Origin: Octopus bimaculoides
Taxonomy: Eukaryota
Reading direction: 5' to 3'
DNA: 36,485 nt
Assembly: GCF_001194135.2 (NCBI RefSeq)
Contig: NC_068981.1
Coordinates: forward strand, 139,856,881-139,893,365
Shown here: positions 1-12,489 of the stretch, piece after piece
Position numbering within the stretch: position 1 is the stretch's first letter
How the letters are laid out: each line of letters begins with the position of its first letter
The notes under the pieces: model-generated
What the model saw: the letters and a program-made list of their open reading frames with translations, nothing else
What the model was told of the DNA's origin: nothing
The model's database searches: none
Made by a program: the position numbers and the translations under genes

Positions 1-159
1 TATATATATGCCTATGTTGTATTGACTGTCTGAATAAAAGGACTTAGAACTGTAGAAGAGTTTTATATTCTTTATTTTTGTTGGGTCAGTCTCTTGCTAC
101 TCTGAAGTTTCTTCTGTGTTCACCGGTGCTGCTAGCATGATATCACGCCCCCCCCCCCA

Positions 160-385
160 CGCGTACCCACACATATCTTTGTGTACCTGCGTGTGGGTAT
201 ATCTGTATCTGACCCCACCACGTTTGACAACCGGTGTTGGTGTGTTTACATCCTCGCAACTCTGCACAAGTGACCGATAGAATAAGCAGCAGGCTTTAAC
301 CGTACTGGTATCGATTTACTGGGCCATAATTTCATAAGGCGGTGGTCCCAGCGTGTCCGTAATCTAATGACTGGAAAAAAGAAAA
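160..385 (+). mobile_element. 3' half of SINE family B (internal microsatellite plus 3' domain), diverged
   Basis: ttgacaaccggtgttggtgtgtttacatcc...gaccgatagaataag...aaggcggtggtcccagcg...aatgactggaaaaaag matches the 3' half of the full copy at 4190-4588 (reverse strand) and the copy at 24070-24267. Confidence 0.75.
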
Positions 386-390
386 AAACA

Positions 391-512
391 GGTACTCATT
401 TCATATATCCCGAAAGGATGAAAAGCAGAGTCGACCACAGCGGAATTTGAACACAGACAGTAAAGGCCGCTAAGATTTTTGCTGGTGTGCTAACGATTTT
501 GCCAGCTCACCC
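391..512 (-). mobile_element. SINE family A copy (5' part)
   Basis: Reverse complement reads gggtgagctggcaaaatcgttagcacacc...ttcaaattccgctgtggtcgactctgcttttcatcctttcgggata...tgagtacc, the same family as 18140-18370, 27502-27702 and 33915-34137. Confidence 0.8.
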
Positions 513-525
513 ACTTGCTCGTCCG

Positions 526-728
526 CTAGTAATAATTACTAAGATAGAAGCATAAAACCTCAAGTTCCTGGGAAGGTACAGTGTCAATTATGTCGGCCTC
601 TGCACTTAAGAAAGATTCTACGTTAAGAAATACAGTAATATTATAAATACAAAGGTAACTATCATTATGAATGGGACGAAGCGTAAAAGATGCAGGAATG
701 GTGAGTATATCGGTTGCTGTCTCTGAAA
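526..728 (-). CDS. Candidate coding exon of an unidentified minus-strand gene; 3' boundary and reading frame uncertain
   Basis: Acceptor tattttcaaatag| at 729-730. The phase-1 frame is open to 526 (SETATDILTIPASFTLRPIHNDSYLCIYNITVFLNVESFLSAEADIIDTVPSQELE..., two N-glycosylation sequons). The phase-0 frame gives FQRQQPIYSPFLHLLRFVPFIMIVTFVFIILLYFLT*, a hydrophobic tail. No homolog recognised. Confidence 0.3.
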
Positions 729-1099
729 CTATTTGAAAATATTTACGCAAATACAAAGAGAAACCTGCTTATAGTTATGCGCTTATGGCAGAGTAAAAAG
801 AAAGGAAAACAGACAGAGAATAAAGCATGCATAGCATTATCTATGAACGTATGAGGATAGACCAACAGCGTGTATGTGTTGTTGTTTTACATCTTTTTGT
901 ACTCTTTATAAACGAGCTTCGAGGCATCTGGAATGAAATGGAAGAATATTTTTCCCGTTTCGTTAGTTGGGGTGAAACAGGGTAGATAATATTATGTTGA
1001 TCTATGTTGATTTCGGTGCAGTGAAGCTAATGATAATTATAGAGATGGAAAGTAGGAGAAAAACCTCCTGTCGAAAATTATTATGATGATTTATATGAA

Positions 1100-1311
1100 T
1101 GTATATGCATGCACGCACGCACGCACGCACGCACACGCACGCACACACACACACACACACATACACACATATGAGTGTGTTTATATGTGAATTTATATGT
1201 ATGTATATATACATACATGTATAAACAATAATCACTGACATGAACACCGGCATATATATGTCTGTAGGTAAGTATATTTATGGATATAGAAACATATACG
1301 TACATACATAC

Positions 1312-1382
<71 letters not shown>

Positions 1383-1396
1383 CATATCATATATAT

Positions 1397-1427
<31 letters not shown>

Positions 1428-1566
1428 AGCGCCTCTATATAATGTATATATATACATACATATATCGATATATATATGTGTGCGTGTGTATGTGTATATG
1501 TGCGAATGTGTGTATATACATATATACATAGGCATGTACGTATATCAGTGTGTGTATGCATTTATG

Positions 1567-1611
<45 letters not shown>

Positions 1612-1687
1612 TTATACATATATATATATAAATACACACACGCACACAAACATATATATATATATATATGCAAGTGTGTGCACGTGT

Positions 1688-1734
<47 letters not shown>

Positions 1735-1751
1735 GATATATATATACAGAT

Positions 1752-1845
<94 letters not shown>

Positions 1846-1870
1846 GTAGAGACATAGATAGACAGATATC
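1100..1870. repeat. Compound microsatellite block: (GCAC)n, (CA)n, (TA)n, (GATA)n, (GA)n
   Basis: Directly visible: (TA)n about 1316-1430, (GATA)n about 1689-1740, (GA)n about 1755-1838. Confidence 0.95.
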
Positions 1871-2033
1871 ATGTATATTTAGGTATGTGAATGTGCTGTT
1901 ATGTCTGATTATACGTGAAGAGTGATCAAGAATATTCTTTGGTCAGTTTGTATTCCCGAAACGAGACCGAGGCCGCGTTTGTGTGTGTGTGCGTGTATGT
2001 GTGTTTGTGAATATAATCTATTGTTCAAATTAC

Positions 2034-2176
2034 GTGTGCGTTAAATGTATATTGTGCTTCATTCAATATGGATTCATCAGATATTTGCCGTACTGGTATA
2101 TTCATGTATGCCATTTTCCCATTTACAAACAGCGCGATACCAAAGAATGTACGATATTGATGTGCATCGAAGCGAC
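2034..2176 (-). CDS. Candidate 143-nt internal coding exon (phase 1 to phase 0)
   Basis: Acceptor gtttttgcgtttacag| and donor cac|gtaatt. One frame is open throughout: (G)RFDAHQYRTFFGIALFVNGKMAYMNIPVRQISDESILNEAQYTFNAH. Its phase matches the signal-peptide exon at 7013-7080. Confidence 0.4.
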
Positions 2177-2191
2177 CTGTAAACGCAAAAA

Positions 2192-2621
2192 CTTGCATAT
2201 AGAAATTTAGGTAGAGTACTGCAAACATTGCAGTGATTTTGATGTCTAGATATACATTTTGAATTTGATTTTGTATGGAGGACAGCAGTTGATCACCTTC
2301 ACATTTTACCTTACAATTTCTTTGATCTTCCTGTTTTTTTTTTCCTGCTTACTGCGAACTAGACCTGCATTTATGTTGATAAAGCGTTTATGTATAGTTA
2401 TTGTATAGCAACGCGCGGTAGAAAATATGTGAAATATTAGCCATCATTTTCACAGCATGTGCGCTTCAGTGTATTGTATATACAACCCGTTAACCATCAC
2501 GATCAGAAATTATTACAAAAAAAAAATAACCATTCAATTTTTCGCTGGTTGGTATCGATTACTGTTTACGCTAGCTGATGAATAATGTTAGCAGTACTCT
2601 ACCTAAATTTCTATATGCAAG
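2192..2621. repeat. 38-bp inverted repeat pair (2192-2229 and 2584-2621), 37/38 identical
   Basis: cttgcatatagaaatttaggtagagtactgcaaacatt versus aatgttagcagtactctacctaaatttctatatgcaag; no further homology inside the arms. Confidence 0.95.
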
Positions 2622-2660
2622 AAATATATATATATATATATACATATATATACATGTATG

Positions 2661-2692
<32 letters not shown>

Positions 2693-2774
2693 CATATATA
2701 TATTTATACATGTATGCTATATATATTTATATATATGTACATATATAAACATATATATATATATATATATATAT

Positions 2775-3335
2775 NNNNNNNNNNNNNNNNNNNNNNNNNN
2801 NNNNNNNNNNNNNNNNNNNNNNNNNNNNNNNNNNNNNNNNNNNNNNNNNNNNNNNNNNNNNNNNNNNNNNNNNNNNNNNNNNNNNNNNNNNNNNNNNNNN
2901 NNNNNNNNNNNNNNNNNNNNNNNNNNNNNNNNNNNNNNNNNNNNNNNNNNNNNNNNNNNNNNNNNNNNNNNNNNNNNNNNNNNNNNNNNNNNNNNNNNNN
3001 NNNNNNNNNNNNNNNNNNNNNNNNNNNNNNNNNNNNNNNNNNNNNNNNNNNNNNNNNNNNNNNNNNNNNNNNNNNNNNNNNNNNNNNNNNNNNNNNNNNN
3101 NNNNNNNNNNNNNNNNNNNNNNNNNNNNNNNNNNNNNNNNNNNNNNNNNNNNNNNNNNNNNNNNNNNNNNNNNNNNNNNNNNNNNNNNNNNNNNNNNNNN
3201 NNNNNNNNNNNNNNNNNNNNNNNNNNNNNNNNNNNNNNNNNNNNNNNNNNNNNNNNNNNNNNNNNNNNNNNNNNNNNNNNNNNNNNNNNNNNNNNNNNNN
3301 NNNNNNNNNNNNNNNNNNNNNNNNNNNNNNNNNNN
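2775..3335. other. Assembly gap flanked by (TA)n
   Basis: Run of N. Confidence 1.
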
Positions 3336-3387
<52 letters not shown>

Positions 3388-3769
3388 TAAATACATACAT
3401 ACATATATGTATTTTTTGGGGCCCTTGACACTAGTACTCAATACATTTCGTTGGTATGACGTGTATTTGACAACATTTTGATCAAGCTCTACATTCCTTA
3501 AAAGTGTAGAGGGTGGTGGATATATCTACCATGTCAAATGTTCGGAGAGTGACTTTGGTATTTGGAGGATAGCGAAGCAGTAGTATACACAAACACGCAT
3601 TCATAATGCATACTAAAAACACAAACACTCACGCAAACTCACAGTCAGACATACACACATACATATATCTACACATTGTTATGATGAAGTACTGAAATGT
3701 ACTAGACAGCAACGGAGAGCGTAAAAATATGTATACGTACACTCATAGACACACATCACACACATATAG

Positions 3770-4036
3770 ATGCGCGCGCACGCGCACACACACGCGCGCA
3801 CACACACGCGCACACACACACACGCATACACACGCACATACACAATCCACCCATATATATACTGCGCGTGTGTAAATATTAATATGAAATATATATAAAA
3901 ATGTTTATGATGTTGATGATGATGATGATTATAACAACAACAACAACAACAACAACAACAATAATAATAATAATAATAATAACAATAATAATAATAATAA
4001 TAACATCATCGAAAAATATATATATATATATGTATG

Positions 4037-4076
<40 letters not shown>

Positions 4077-4077
4077 C

Positions 4078-4112
<35 letters not shown>

Positions 4113-4135
4113 AGTGTGTGTGCGCGCACACACAC
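3770..4135. repeat. Compound microsatellite block: (CA/CG)n, (GAT)n, (CAA)n, (TAA)n, (TA)n, (TG)n
   Basis: Directly visible. Confidence 0.95.
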
Positions 4136-4189
4136 TACATATGCATATGTGTGTATGGATGTGCGTCTCTTTCTGCGTGTTTGTACGTA

Positions 4190-4588
4190 TTCTTTCATCC
4201 TTTTATTTGTTTCAGTCATTTGACTGCGGCCATGCTGGAGCACCAAATTTGGCCGAAGAAATCGATCCCAGGACTTATTCTTTCTAAGCCTAGTACTTAT
4301 TCTATCGAACTCTTTTGCAGAACCACTGAGTTACGGGAACGTAAACACAACCGACATCGATTGTAAAGCGAAGGTTGGGGGGGGGGAGAAACACAGACAC
4401 AAAAAAATATATATACATACACACAATAGGCTTCGTTCAGTTTCCGTCTACCAAATCCATTCGCAAGGCTTTGGTAGGCCCGAGGCTATAGTAGAAAACA
4501 CTTGCCCAAGGTGCCACGCAGTGAGACTGAACCCGGAACCATGTGGCTGGTAAGCGAGCTACTTACCACACAGCCACTCCTGCGCCTA
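4190..4588 (-). mobile_element. Full-length SINE family B (about 400 bp): tRNA-like head, CORE-like segment, internal microsatellite
   Basis: Minus strand: ggcgcaggagtggctgtgtggt (A-box-like)...ggttccgggttcagtc (B-box-like), then caccttgggcaagtg (CORE-like), internal (TG/TA), and 3' end gtgctccagcatggccgcagtcaaatgactgaaac. Confidence 0.85.
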
Positions 4589-5183
4589 TATCTAATCGTA
4601 CATTCATCTATGTTATTGACAATAATGAAAGTAAAATTATTTGAGAATCCAGAAATGTTTAAAATTATTTGATCAAAAATAATTGCCATGCTCTCTATCC
4701 ATGATTTCTATAGAGAAATGATTGATCCAGAGTGAGGACTCGTTTAGCATTTATCTAATTTTGATAACCTTTAAAGTATATTGCAAATTTTATTTTGTAA
4801 CAAAAATTTTACAATATAAATATATATTTCCCATGTATATATTTTACTTTATGTTCAGGAAAATTGACTATATAATACGCACTAATTTGAGCACTATACT
4901 TGTAAATGATGAGAAAATCATGATTAATCCTAATCAGATTAAAGTCGATGAGCATGATGAAAAGAATTATCATCGTGATAACGAAATACAAAGCCATAAA
5001 TGGTCCCTGAGCTTCAATTCTTAATTGTATTACTTTCGCTGCATTTCCATCATATTTACTAAAGAAAAAAAAAAGAAAACAAAAACAAACGCCTAACCGT
5101 GTTACTCACTCAGGCACTTTCTCACTCACGCACGCACTCACGCACGCACTCACTCACTCACTCACAGGTAGCACAACACAGGT

Positions 5184-5570
5184 GTTGTTGTTGGCACTCC
5201 GTCGCTTACGATGTCGAGGGTTCCAGTTGATCCGATCAACGGAACAGCCTGCTCGTGAAATTAACATGCAAGTGGCTGAGCACTCCACATACACGTGTAT
5301 CCTTCACGTAGTTCTCGGGGATATTCAGCGTGACACAGTGTGACAAAGCTGACCCTTTGAATTACAGGCACAACAGAAACAAGAAGTAAGAGTGAGAGAA
5401 AGTTGTGGTGGAAGAGTACAGCAGGGTTCACCACCATCCCCTACCGGAGCCTCGTGGAGCTTTCTGTGTTTTAGCTCAATAAACACACACAACGCCCGGT
5501 CTGGGAATCGAAGCCGCGATCCTATGACCGCGAGTTCGCTGCCCAAACCACTGGGCCATTGCGCCTCCAC
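5184..5570 (-). mobile_element. Full-length tRNA-derived SINE family D
   Basis: Minus-strand head gtggaggcgcaatggcccagtggtttgggc...gcttcgattcccagaccggg with A- and B-boxes; the body matches 34233-34581; ends in a (CAA) tail. Confidence 0.85.
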
Positions 5571-5739
5571 AGCACAACACAGCACACACAAACAAAACCT
5601 TTTCAGAAATAGCAGAAGAGTATCTCTTCATTTCTATTCTCACGCCATTTTCGTCCAAGATCTTGACCCATCTACATGCTTGTCCTTTAAATTAATGACA
5701 TTAAACTATATAAATTAACTAAAATTACTTTCTGAATTC

Positions 5740-6080
5740 ATACCCCGTTAAATCGGCGGATCTCAATATTGTTTTTCTCTTATGGACACCTTTGATTATT
5801 ATTTTGTTTTGGTGGACCCCATAGCCTCTCGATGTTTAAAAACTTCTTTCAAATTTCCTATTTTGTTTTTCACACATTCACTTGTGTAGGTTGAACTATG
5901 TAACACGTTAGAGAAAGAAACCTAGTTGTTTCTTCCAATAAATGCATTTGAATCAAATGATTTTCATTGACCCTTTATATGCTACTATGTACTCAATTTA
6001 CGTCCTTGCTTGAGTGGACCCCACCCAAAAATCTTATATGGTCAGCCAGTGGCAATATGAACCCCAGTTAAGAGCCACTG
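5740..6080. mobile_element. hAT-type MITE remnant (only one TIR visible)
   Basis: The right end gaaccccagttaagagccactg is the reverse complement of cagtggctcttaactggggttc, a CAGTGG-type hAT terminus; repeated tggacccc subterminal motifs. Left boundary uncertain. Confidence 0.5.
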
Positions 6081-7012
6081 TCTGAAATGAACTTTGCATT
6101 TCATACCTCTGACGTCGAAAAACAAGTATCACTCGGGTACTCCAGTCGATTTAATCGATTATCCTAATTCAATAACTTTGTTACCGTGTGAATTTGTTAC
6201 GTATCAATATCATTAAATGTGCCGTCGTCTAATCATTTTAGAAACGCTGAATAAGCCAGGAGGTATTGGCTATTCTTCAAGCACATTTTATAATTTATTA
6301 TGAGATTATGATGACACTAGGACCGTGTCCTACAGTAATGACCTACGTATATCTCACCAGAAATAAGACAGTATTTGATGGTACTATGATTGATGTGAAA
6401 AGAGGGAAGTTATGATGCAGTAATTTTCTTGGAGAAAGTGTAGCGTATGTTGATACTATTCAATGAAATTTGCTAAAGGTATTTACGTTGTTATTTCAAT
6501 ATTTGCAAAGTCTCCAAGAAATGATTCTAGGATTCCGTAATAATTCAGCATGAAAACGTTTTGGAAAACATAGTAAGCACTATTCCCTTTCTTTTCCCTT
6601 TCCTAATATCTGTGTGCGTGAGTGTATGTAAATAAGCATATAAATACACACAAACTCGCACGCACACACTTACGCGAACACTAGCACAGAGACAGACACA
6701 GACGCTGACACACAGCGACACACACACACAGGCACTTACACATACTAACACACGCACACACTCACCCACATAGATACGTGTTTGTATGTGTGTATTACTA
6801 CACAAAGTATATCAAGCCAAGACAATGAAGAATTAATGAAAACCACGATGTCCTCTGCTACTGCATGTTCAGTGACATGTAAATGCCAATATGGAAAATG
6901 TATGTGCATTTTGTCTTCATATTCTATTAAGAAAAAATAAATAAATAAAAGAACACGTTAAATACGTTAAATTTGATATGGAATGAGCGAAAGAAACAGA
7001 TAGCGCACTCAC

Positions 7013-7080
7013 CCTCTTTTGAGAGAACGACTAAGAAAACCATGATCTTTATGAGGGCTAACTTATCCATATCAAATGAC
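7013..7080 (-). CDS. Candidate exon encoding a signal-peptide-like N-terminus, MDKLALIKIMVFLVVLSKE (ATG at 7070-7068)
   Basis: Strong acceptor ttgctttactttcacag| and consensus donor gagg|gtgagt. Only one frame is open. Basic n-region, hydrophobic core, phase-1 end. Confidence 0.5.
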
Positions 7081-9462
7081 CTGTGAAAGTAAAGCAAGTG
7101 CTTTCAACTGAGTACAACGTTAGGCTAACATGATTGGTTGACATCCTCTTCTCTGTAAAGATGTTAGCTATTAGTGACACAACATGTATCACCTTGCTGG
7201 TGTCTTACTGACTTCTTATTGAAGCTTGCACTTATTTTACCACTTTGTTGTATTGGCAAGAAATAGGAAATATAATATAATTTTAAGTACAAAAAATAGC
7301 ACTCGACTGAACCGCCATTGTTGGAGGAAGAATCTTCTCGGAAAGTTTCTGAATACTTATGCAGAGAAACCAACATATTTTAATCTTTCCTGCTTTTACA
7401 TCAGCACTGCTCCAACACCCTGCCAACAACAATAACATCAACAACAACAATAATAATGAAAAATATCATAAAGATGATGATCATTGTGAAAATATGAATA
7501 TCTCTTAATCTTTGTTAATGGTATCATGCGTTAGAAAAACATGGTACTTTTTGAAAATAGCTAAGATTCTAATCCGAAATGAAAAAAAAAATGCTTAATA
7601 TTAAAAAAAATGGTAATAAAATGTAAAACAAAACCAAAACAAAAAGAAACAGACTATTCATTGAAGATTTTGCTAAAAGATCTAAAAGAAATGAAAAACA
7701 AATAATAGTAGAAATAAGTGAAGAAATAAACGAAATAAATAAATAAATTCTTTAAATCTGAAAGATAAAAGAAATATTCGACCAGAAGTATAGATTTACC
7801 GTTTTGTTCTATCTATATTTCGTTCTCATTCTTTTCTTTCTCTCCTTCTAAACGTATTTCTCTATGTGTATATGTAGTCTTTTTAAAATTTCCTAACAAG
7901 CAAAAAAATTTTTTCCACGTAGAAATGTATAAACTCATGACTTCAATGTTATATTAAAGCTATCGCTGCTTTCAATAAGATTGCTGTTAACGGTAAGATA
8001 TCATTAGATCAAAATAAGTATTTTTTTTTTCAAAAAAGTTCATTCACAAAAGAAAAAAAAATTAAAATATTCCACAGAGAACTAAAAACAAATAAATAAA
8101 TATATGTATAAGATTTTCCTTAGAAACATCCCAGTAACTGTCCGTACAAATATAATACCTTATGTATNNNNNNNNNNTGCATAAACGTATAGGTTTGAGT
8201 AAAATTTAGCAGTGATGAAAAATAAATATGTTTACTTAATTTTAGTTATACAAAAAGGGACAAATGTAACATGCAAATGTCATATTCTGTGGTAGTTAAA
8301 TTTGCAAGTATGGTTCAATATCCTGTTAAGCCACTTCGTTCACCTGACTAATTTTTATCAACGAACTTCAACATTACAATTATTTCTGTAATGACAACTG
8401 GAATTCTACTGTTATGAAAGTTGCTCTCGAAAACATTACTTGATGATTGTAACCCAGTAATCAATTGAAGAGTAAAACCAGCATTGCTTCAGACGCGTGG
8501 ATCTCAAGAATAAGAGAATTAAAATTTATGAAACCTAAATTTTTCATCGAATACTCGTACAATCATAAGCTGGGAATGCATTCAATCAGTTAGAAACCAA
8601 TAAGGAAATCTCTATCTTATGTGTTCTACATATGTAGAAGAAATAACAACTCCATCTCCTATGAATCAAATCTCTATGAAGTTTAGCAAGGGAGGATACA
8701 CTACATACATAATGTAGTCGCAGTCCCCTTAAAGATAAAATACTGGATGGTTATAGCACAGTTTGGCCAAATGTTTGCTTAATCAATGTTGACATTTGAC
8801 CTAGAGTTAACAAAATAATAAAAGAAAAAAACAATAAAATTAGCAACGGCAACAACAATTTTAAGAAATGCGATAACATATAATTCAATAAATGCTGTTT
8901 TAAGGAAAGTCATTGGATAGATTGAGCATGAAAAATAATCCTATGTGTGATGGAGACTAAACTTCTTGGAATGTGTTTATTTATTATTATTTTTTTTTTG
9001 GTTGATTCTTTAAATGGACATATTCACTTCTGTAACATACAAAACAGAAAGGACAAAAACAAAAAAAAAACACAGCATAAAAAATAGAAACAAATAAATA
9101 AATGTGAACGAACGAAAGGAAAACTAAATCAAGTAATACAGATAGAATACAGTAAAGAAACCCAAATGAAAATAAGTAGGAAGATTAACAGCTTGTAGAA
9201 TTTTCTTTATCAAGAATGCTAGCAATCGATAAAATGACGGGAGGAAACGAATAAAATGTTGCTTTCTTCTATTAATAAAGAAATCATCATCATCGTCAAT
9301 ATTAGTATTATTGTTAATATTATCATCATTTGTAGCGGTAGCCGCAGCAGTATCACTATGATTATTGTTATTGTTTAGTTTTATTGGATAGCAGGATTTT
9401 TCTCCAATTGTTATAAGTGCTATTCTCTCTTTCCCTTTTTTTTTCTTCTGTTTCTTTCTTAC

Positions 9463-9538
9463 ATTTCATTCGTACCAACCACTGAAATTTTTCGGCTGTC
9501 AAATTCTGCTTGACATCTCAATCTTGTTAGGAAGGAAC
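9463..9538 (-). other. Candidate 76-nt exon (5'UTR, or supplies the AT of an upstream ATG when spliced to 7080)
   Basis: Branch point ttactaat, acceptor gttgtttttgctacag|, donor aat|gtaaga. Splicing to 7080 gives ...GTNE-M-SFDMDKLAL in frame. Confidence 0.45.
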
Positions 9539-10639
9539 CTGTAGCAAAAACAACGTGTAAGTAAACATTAGTAAAATGAAATGTATGTTGCTTTTTAGCA
9601 CTCCGTCTTCTTCGCTCTATGCAGGGACACAACGGAATTATTGATGAAAATATGCTGTTAACCCCTACCAAAGTAACATACCTAACAAATAAAAAAGAAA
9701 AACCTCGAAAAATAAATGCAAAATGTGAAGAAAATCTGGAGTGGAGGTAGATAGAATATTTTAGAAATGCAACCAAATCAACGGTTTTTTTGTTTATTTT
9801 TATGTAATAGAGACATAAAATACATTTCGTGAAATTTGCATAAGAAAATAATGTAAGGATACTAAACTATGAAAGTTGTTTCCATAATGAATATGAGAAA
9901 AAAATGTAGTAATATTTTGAAAGCAATATTTTTGTAGTAAGATTGATGTAAATGTTTGCCTTCTGAATTTAAACTTTGAATATTTGTTCGTGAAATGACT
10001 TTTTTTTGTTTTGTTTTCTAGTGCAACATTGTAAGTTTGGGTGAGTCATTCCAGTATCCTTCTCTGCTCACTCTATATCTCTCTCCCATTCTCTAACTTT
10101 TTATGTCTGTTTGTCTTGCGGCCTTTATCTATCTATCTGTCAGTCTGCCTGTCCTCTTGTCTGCTTATCTGTCTGCATGTATGTATATCTGTCTCTGTAT
10201 CTGTATATGTATGTACGTAAAATGGTGCTATATATATACAACTAGACTAAGTTGCTAAGAGCTATTAGTAAGTCAGTGATTGCTTAATTGAAAACTGATT
10301 TGATACTGTGTTCGATCAATGCATGATCGTAGATGTAGTTTCAAGTATTGCTAGACAATAAATCATAACGTCTTTCTAATCTTGCTTAATACATAAATGC
10401 ATTATGTCTATAAGCATAATACATACATACATACAAACATAACTTGACGGATCCATCTAATCTTAAACGATTAATCTGCATTCCATAGTTGTACAACAGA
10501 TGTGGTTTTTTTTTTTACATAAACGGAAAAGACAATGCCAGTTGTTTATGTTTTTGCCAAGACCTAAAGAAGGAAGAAAACCACCGGCTAAAGGCGCAGA
10601 CACTTTAATTTGTTGGTGCTAAACCGAATAACAATTTCA

Positions 10640-10803
10640 GCCTTCGGCGAACGAGCTTCTACCGTGTTCCCGTCTACCAGCTATCATTTACAGGGTCAGA
10701 GCAGGCCCGAAGACAAGGTGGACTATATTTGCCAAAATACCGCCAAATGGTTTGAACTTGTAACTGCATAGTTGCAGGAAAACCTCTCAGTCAAGCAGCC
10801 ATG
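10640..10803 (-). mobile_element. Highly diverged SINE family B-like fragment
   Basis: ttcccgtctaccag...gcccgaagac...atttgccaa resembles the 4430-4590 segment. Confidence 0.45.
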
Positions 10804-12489
10804 TCTGTTGAATATTTATCCATATTTACATATATTGAAAATATATAGGTGAACATAGATGGATGCTGATAAGTAAAAACTAAAAACCATAATCGAGAAC
10901 ACGAGTAAAAAGGAAAGATCTAAAGCAATCAATGAATGTAACTTGCTATTCGTGCAGAAACAAAGAAACGAGTTTATATAAAAGTAAAAGATAAAGCATA
11001 CAAAAGCCTGTGAATATATTAATATGTAAAAAAAATTTGAACATAGAAAAGATTTTGGCAAATACATTCGATTTTCTCTGTTGCTCCAATAACCTTAATA
11101 GATAACTAGCTAACGATCGATTAATTGAACAAACAAAGGGAATGCTACGCAGCCAGCTGCTCTGCAAGAAATTACAGCTAAATATCTCTAGAATTGCGGT
11201 CTACATACTTGAAATAAAATAAAATAAAATAAACATTATAAACATGGTTTTGTAGGTGTGATGGTAACGGATCAGATAACTCTGATCATAGATCTGCTCG
11301 ATGAACTTTCTCAAGGGTTTCTCAAGGGTTTAAGCAATAAAAGTGCGACAACAGCACCAAAAATTATAATTTCAGTATTTATATTATTTTTATTGCAGAT
11401 ATAACTGCTATCTTCGATGCTTTGCTCTGGAGAAGAAAGGCAGCGTTCATAACAAATTTGGAGGTTTATGACCCCAGAGGAGGAAAACGGGAAAAAATGA
11501 AGCGAAACCATAGTTCATTCTTTGACAAAATATCTGATCTACATAGTCTCCGCAGGAAAAAACAAACAAAACAAAAAGACACAACATCAGATAGTGTCGA
11601 TAAATGAGAGCAAATAGTTAAGTCTGTCGCTGAAGTACACAGTCCATCCAATAGCTATCCACTATAGAATTTCATTTGTGTAATTAAGTACCCGATTCTG
11701 TGATAAAAATCACTCATCTAATTAATAAGATTGCCTCGGAAGCGTACGACTGCTCAGCAATTTTCTAAACAGTCATATTTCCGTTTATGTATCGGTAGCT
11801 TGAGGAGAGAAACATAATAGTTTTTGTCTTTTTTAATGTAGAGAGATACATCTAGTGGAGAGAATTAATAGGTACTTTTTATGAATTACTTCGAAGAGAA
11901 ACGGTTCTTCCCTTAAAATATGCCGAGCCTCACAGAGGTCTGAGGTTGACGTGATTGGTTCATACCATTAATAACTGTAATTAGATGCCTCGAGAGAAAA
12001 AATAATGATCTATGGGTCTAGATTGTTGCTTACACAAGAACATAGCAATGAAACAATCGAGAAAATAAAATTGCATATGGACGTTTCTTAAACTTTAACT
12101 TGTTGTGTTTAGCAACGGCTGTCTCATTACATGTCTGACGTTCAGAGTCATGTGGAATGGTTTAACTAAGTAGAACAAATGTTACACAGGATATTTTTCT
12201 TCAAAATCACCGTTTTCAGGTTTTCTCGCCAATGTTTACATACATGCGTGTACATGTAAGTACGTGTACAAAATATAGCTTCTTTAAGTAGAAATTTATC
12301 CATAAAAAATATTACAGTAATATTGCGCAATTTTTTTACTTTAATAGAAGAGCCATCAAATCATAACAGCTCTGATTATTTCTTACACCAACGCCGTGTT
12401 ACCGTTACAGATCTTTTCATTTTCGTGCTGTGTTCAAAACTTGGATTTTTTTCTTAAAGAGCTATAAAAAACGATTTTTAGAGAAAATC

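Noticed and set aside
2585-3481. Long ORFs (up to 381 aa) spanning N-runs, here and at 15583-16728, 23559-24194 and 35382-35886
   Set aside because: They are open only because N codons translate as X; the rest is microsatellite translation.
5480-5570. tRNA gene (also the heads at about 4520-4588 and 21860-21931)
   Set aside because: A/B-box heads run into SINE bodies and I see no complete acceptor stem.
9599-11607. Alternative plus-strand exon chain (LRLLRSMQGHNG...EENLEWR; DITAIFDALLWRRK...DSVDK*)
   Set aside because: It needs a 42-nt intron or mismatched phases, has no recognisable homology, and overlaps a better-formed minus-strand exon. Not excluded without RNA data.
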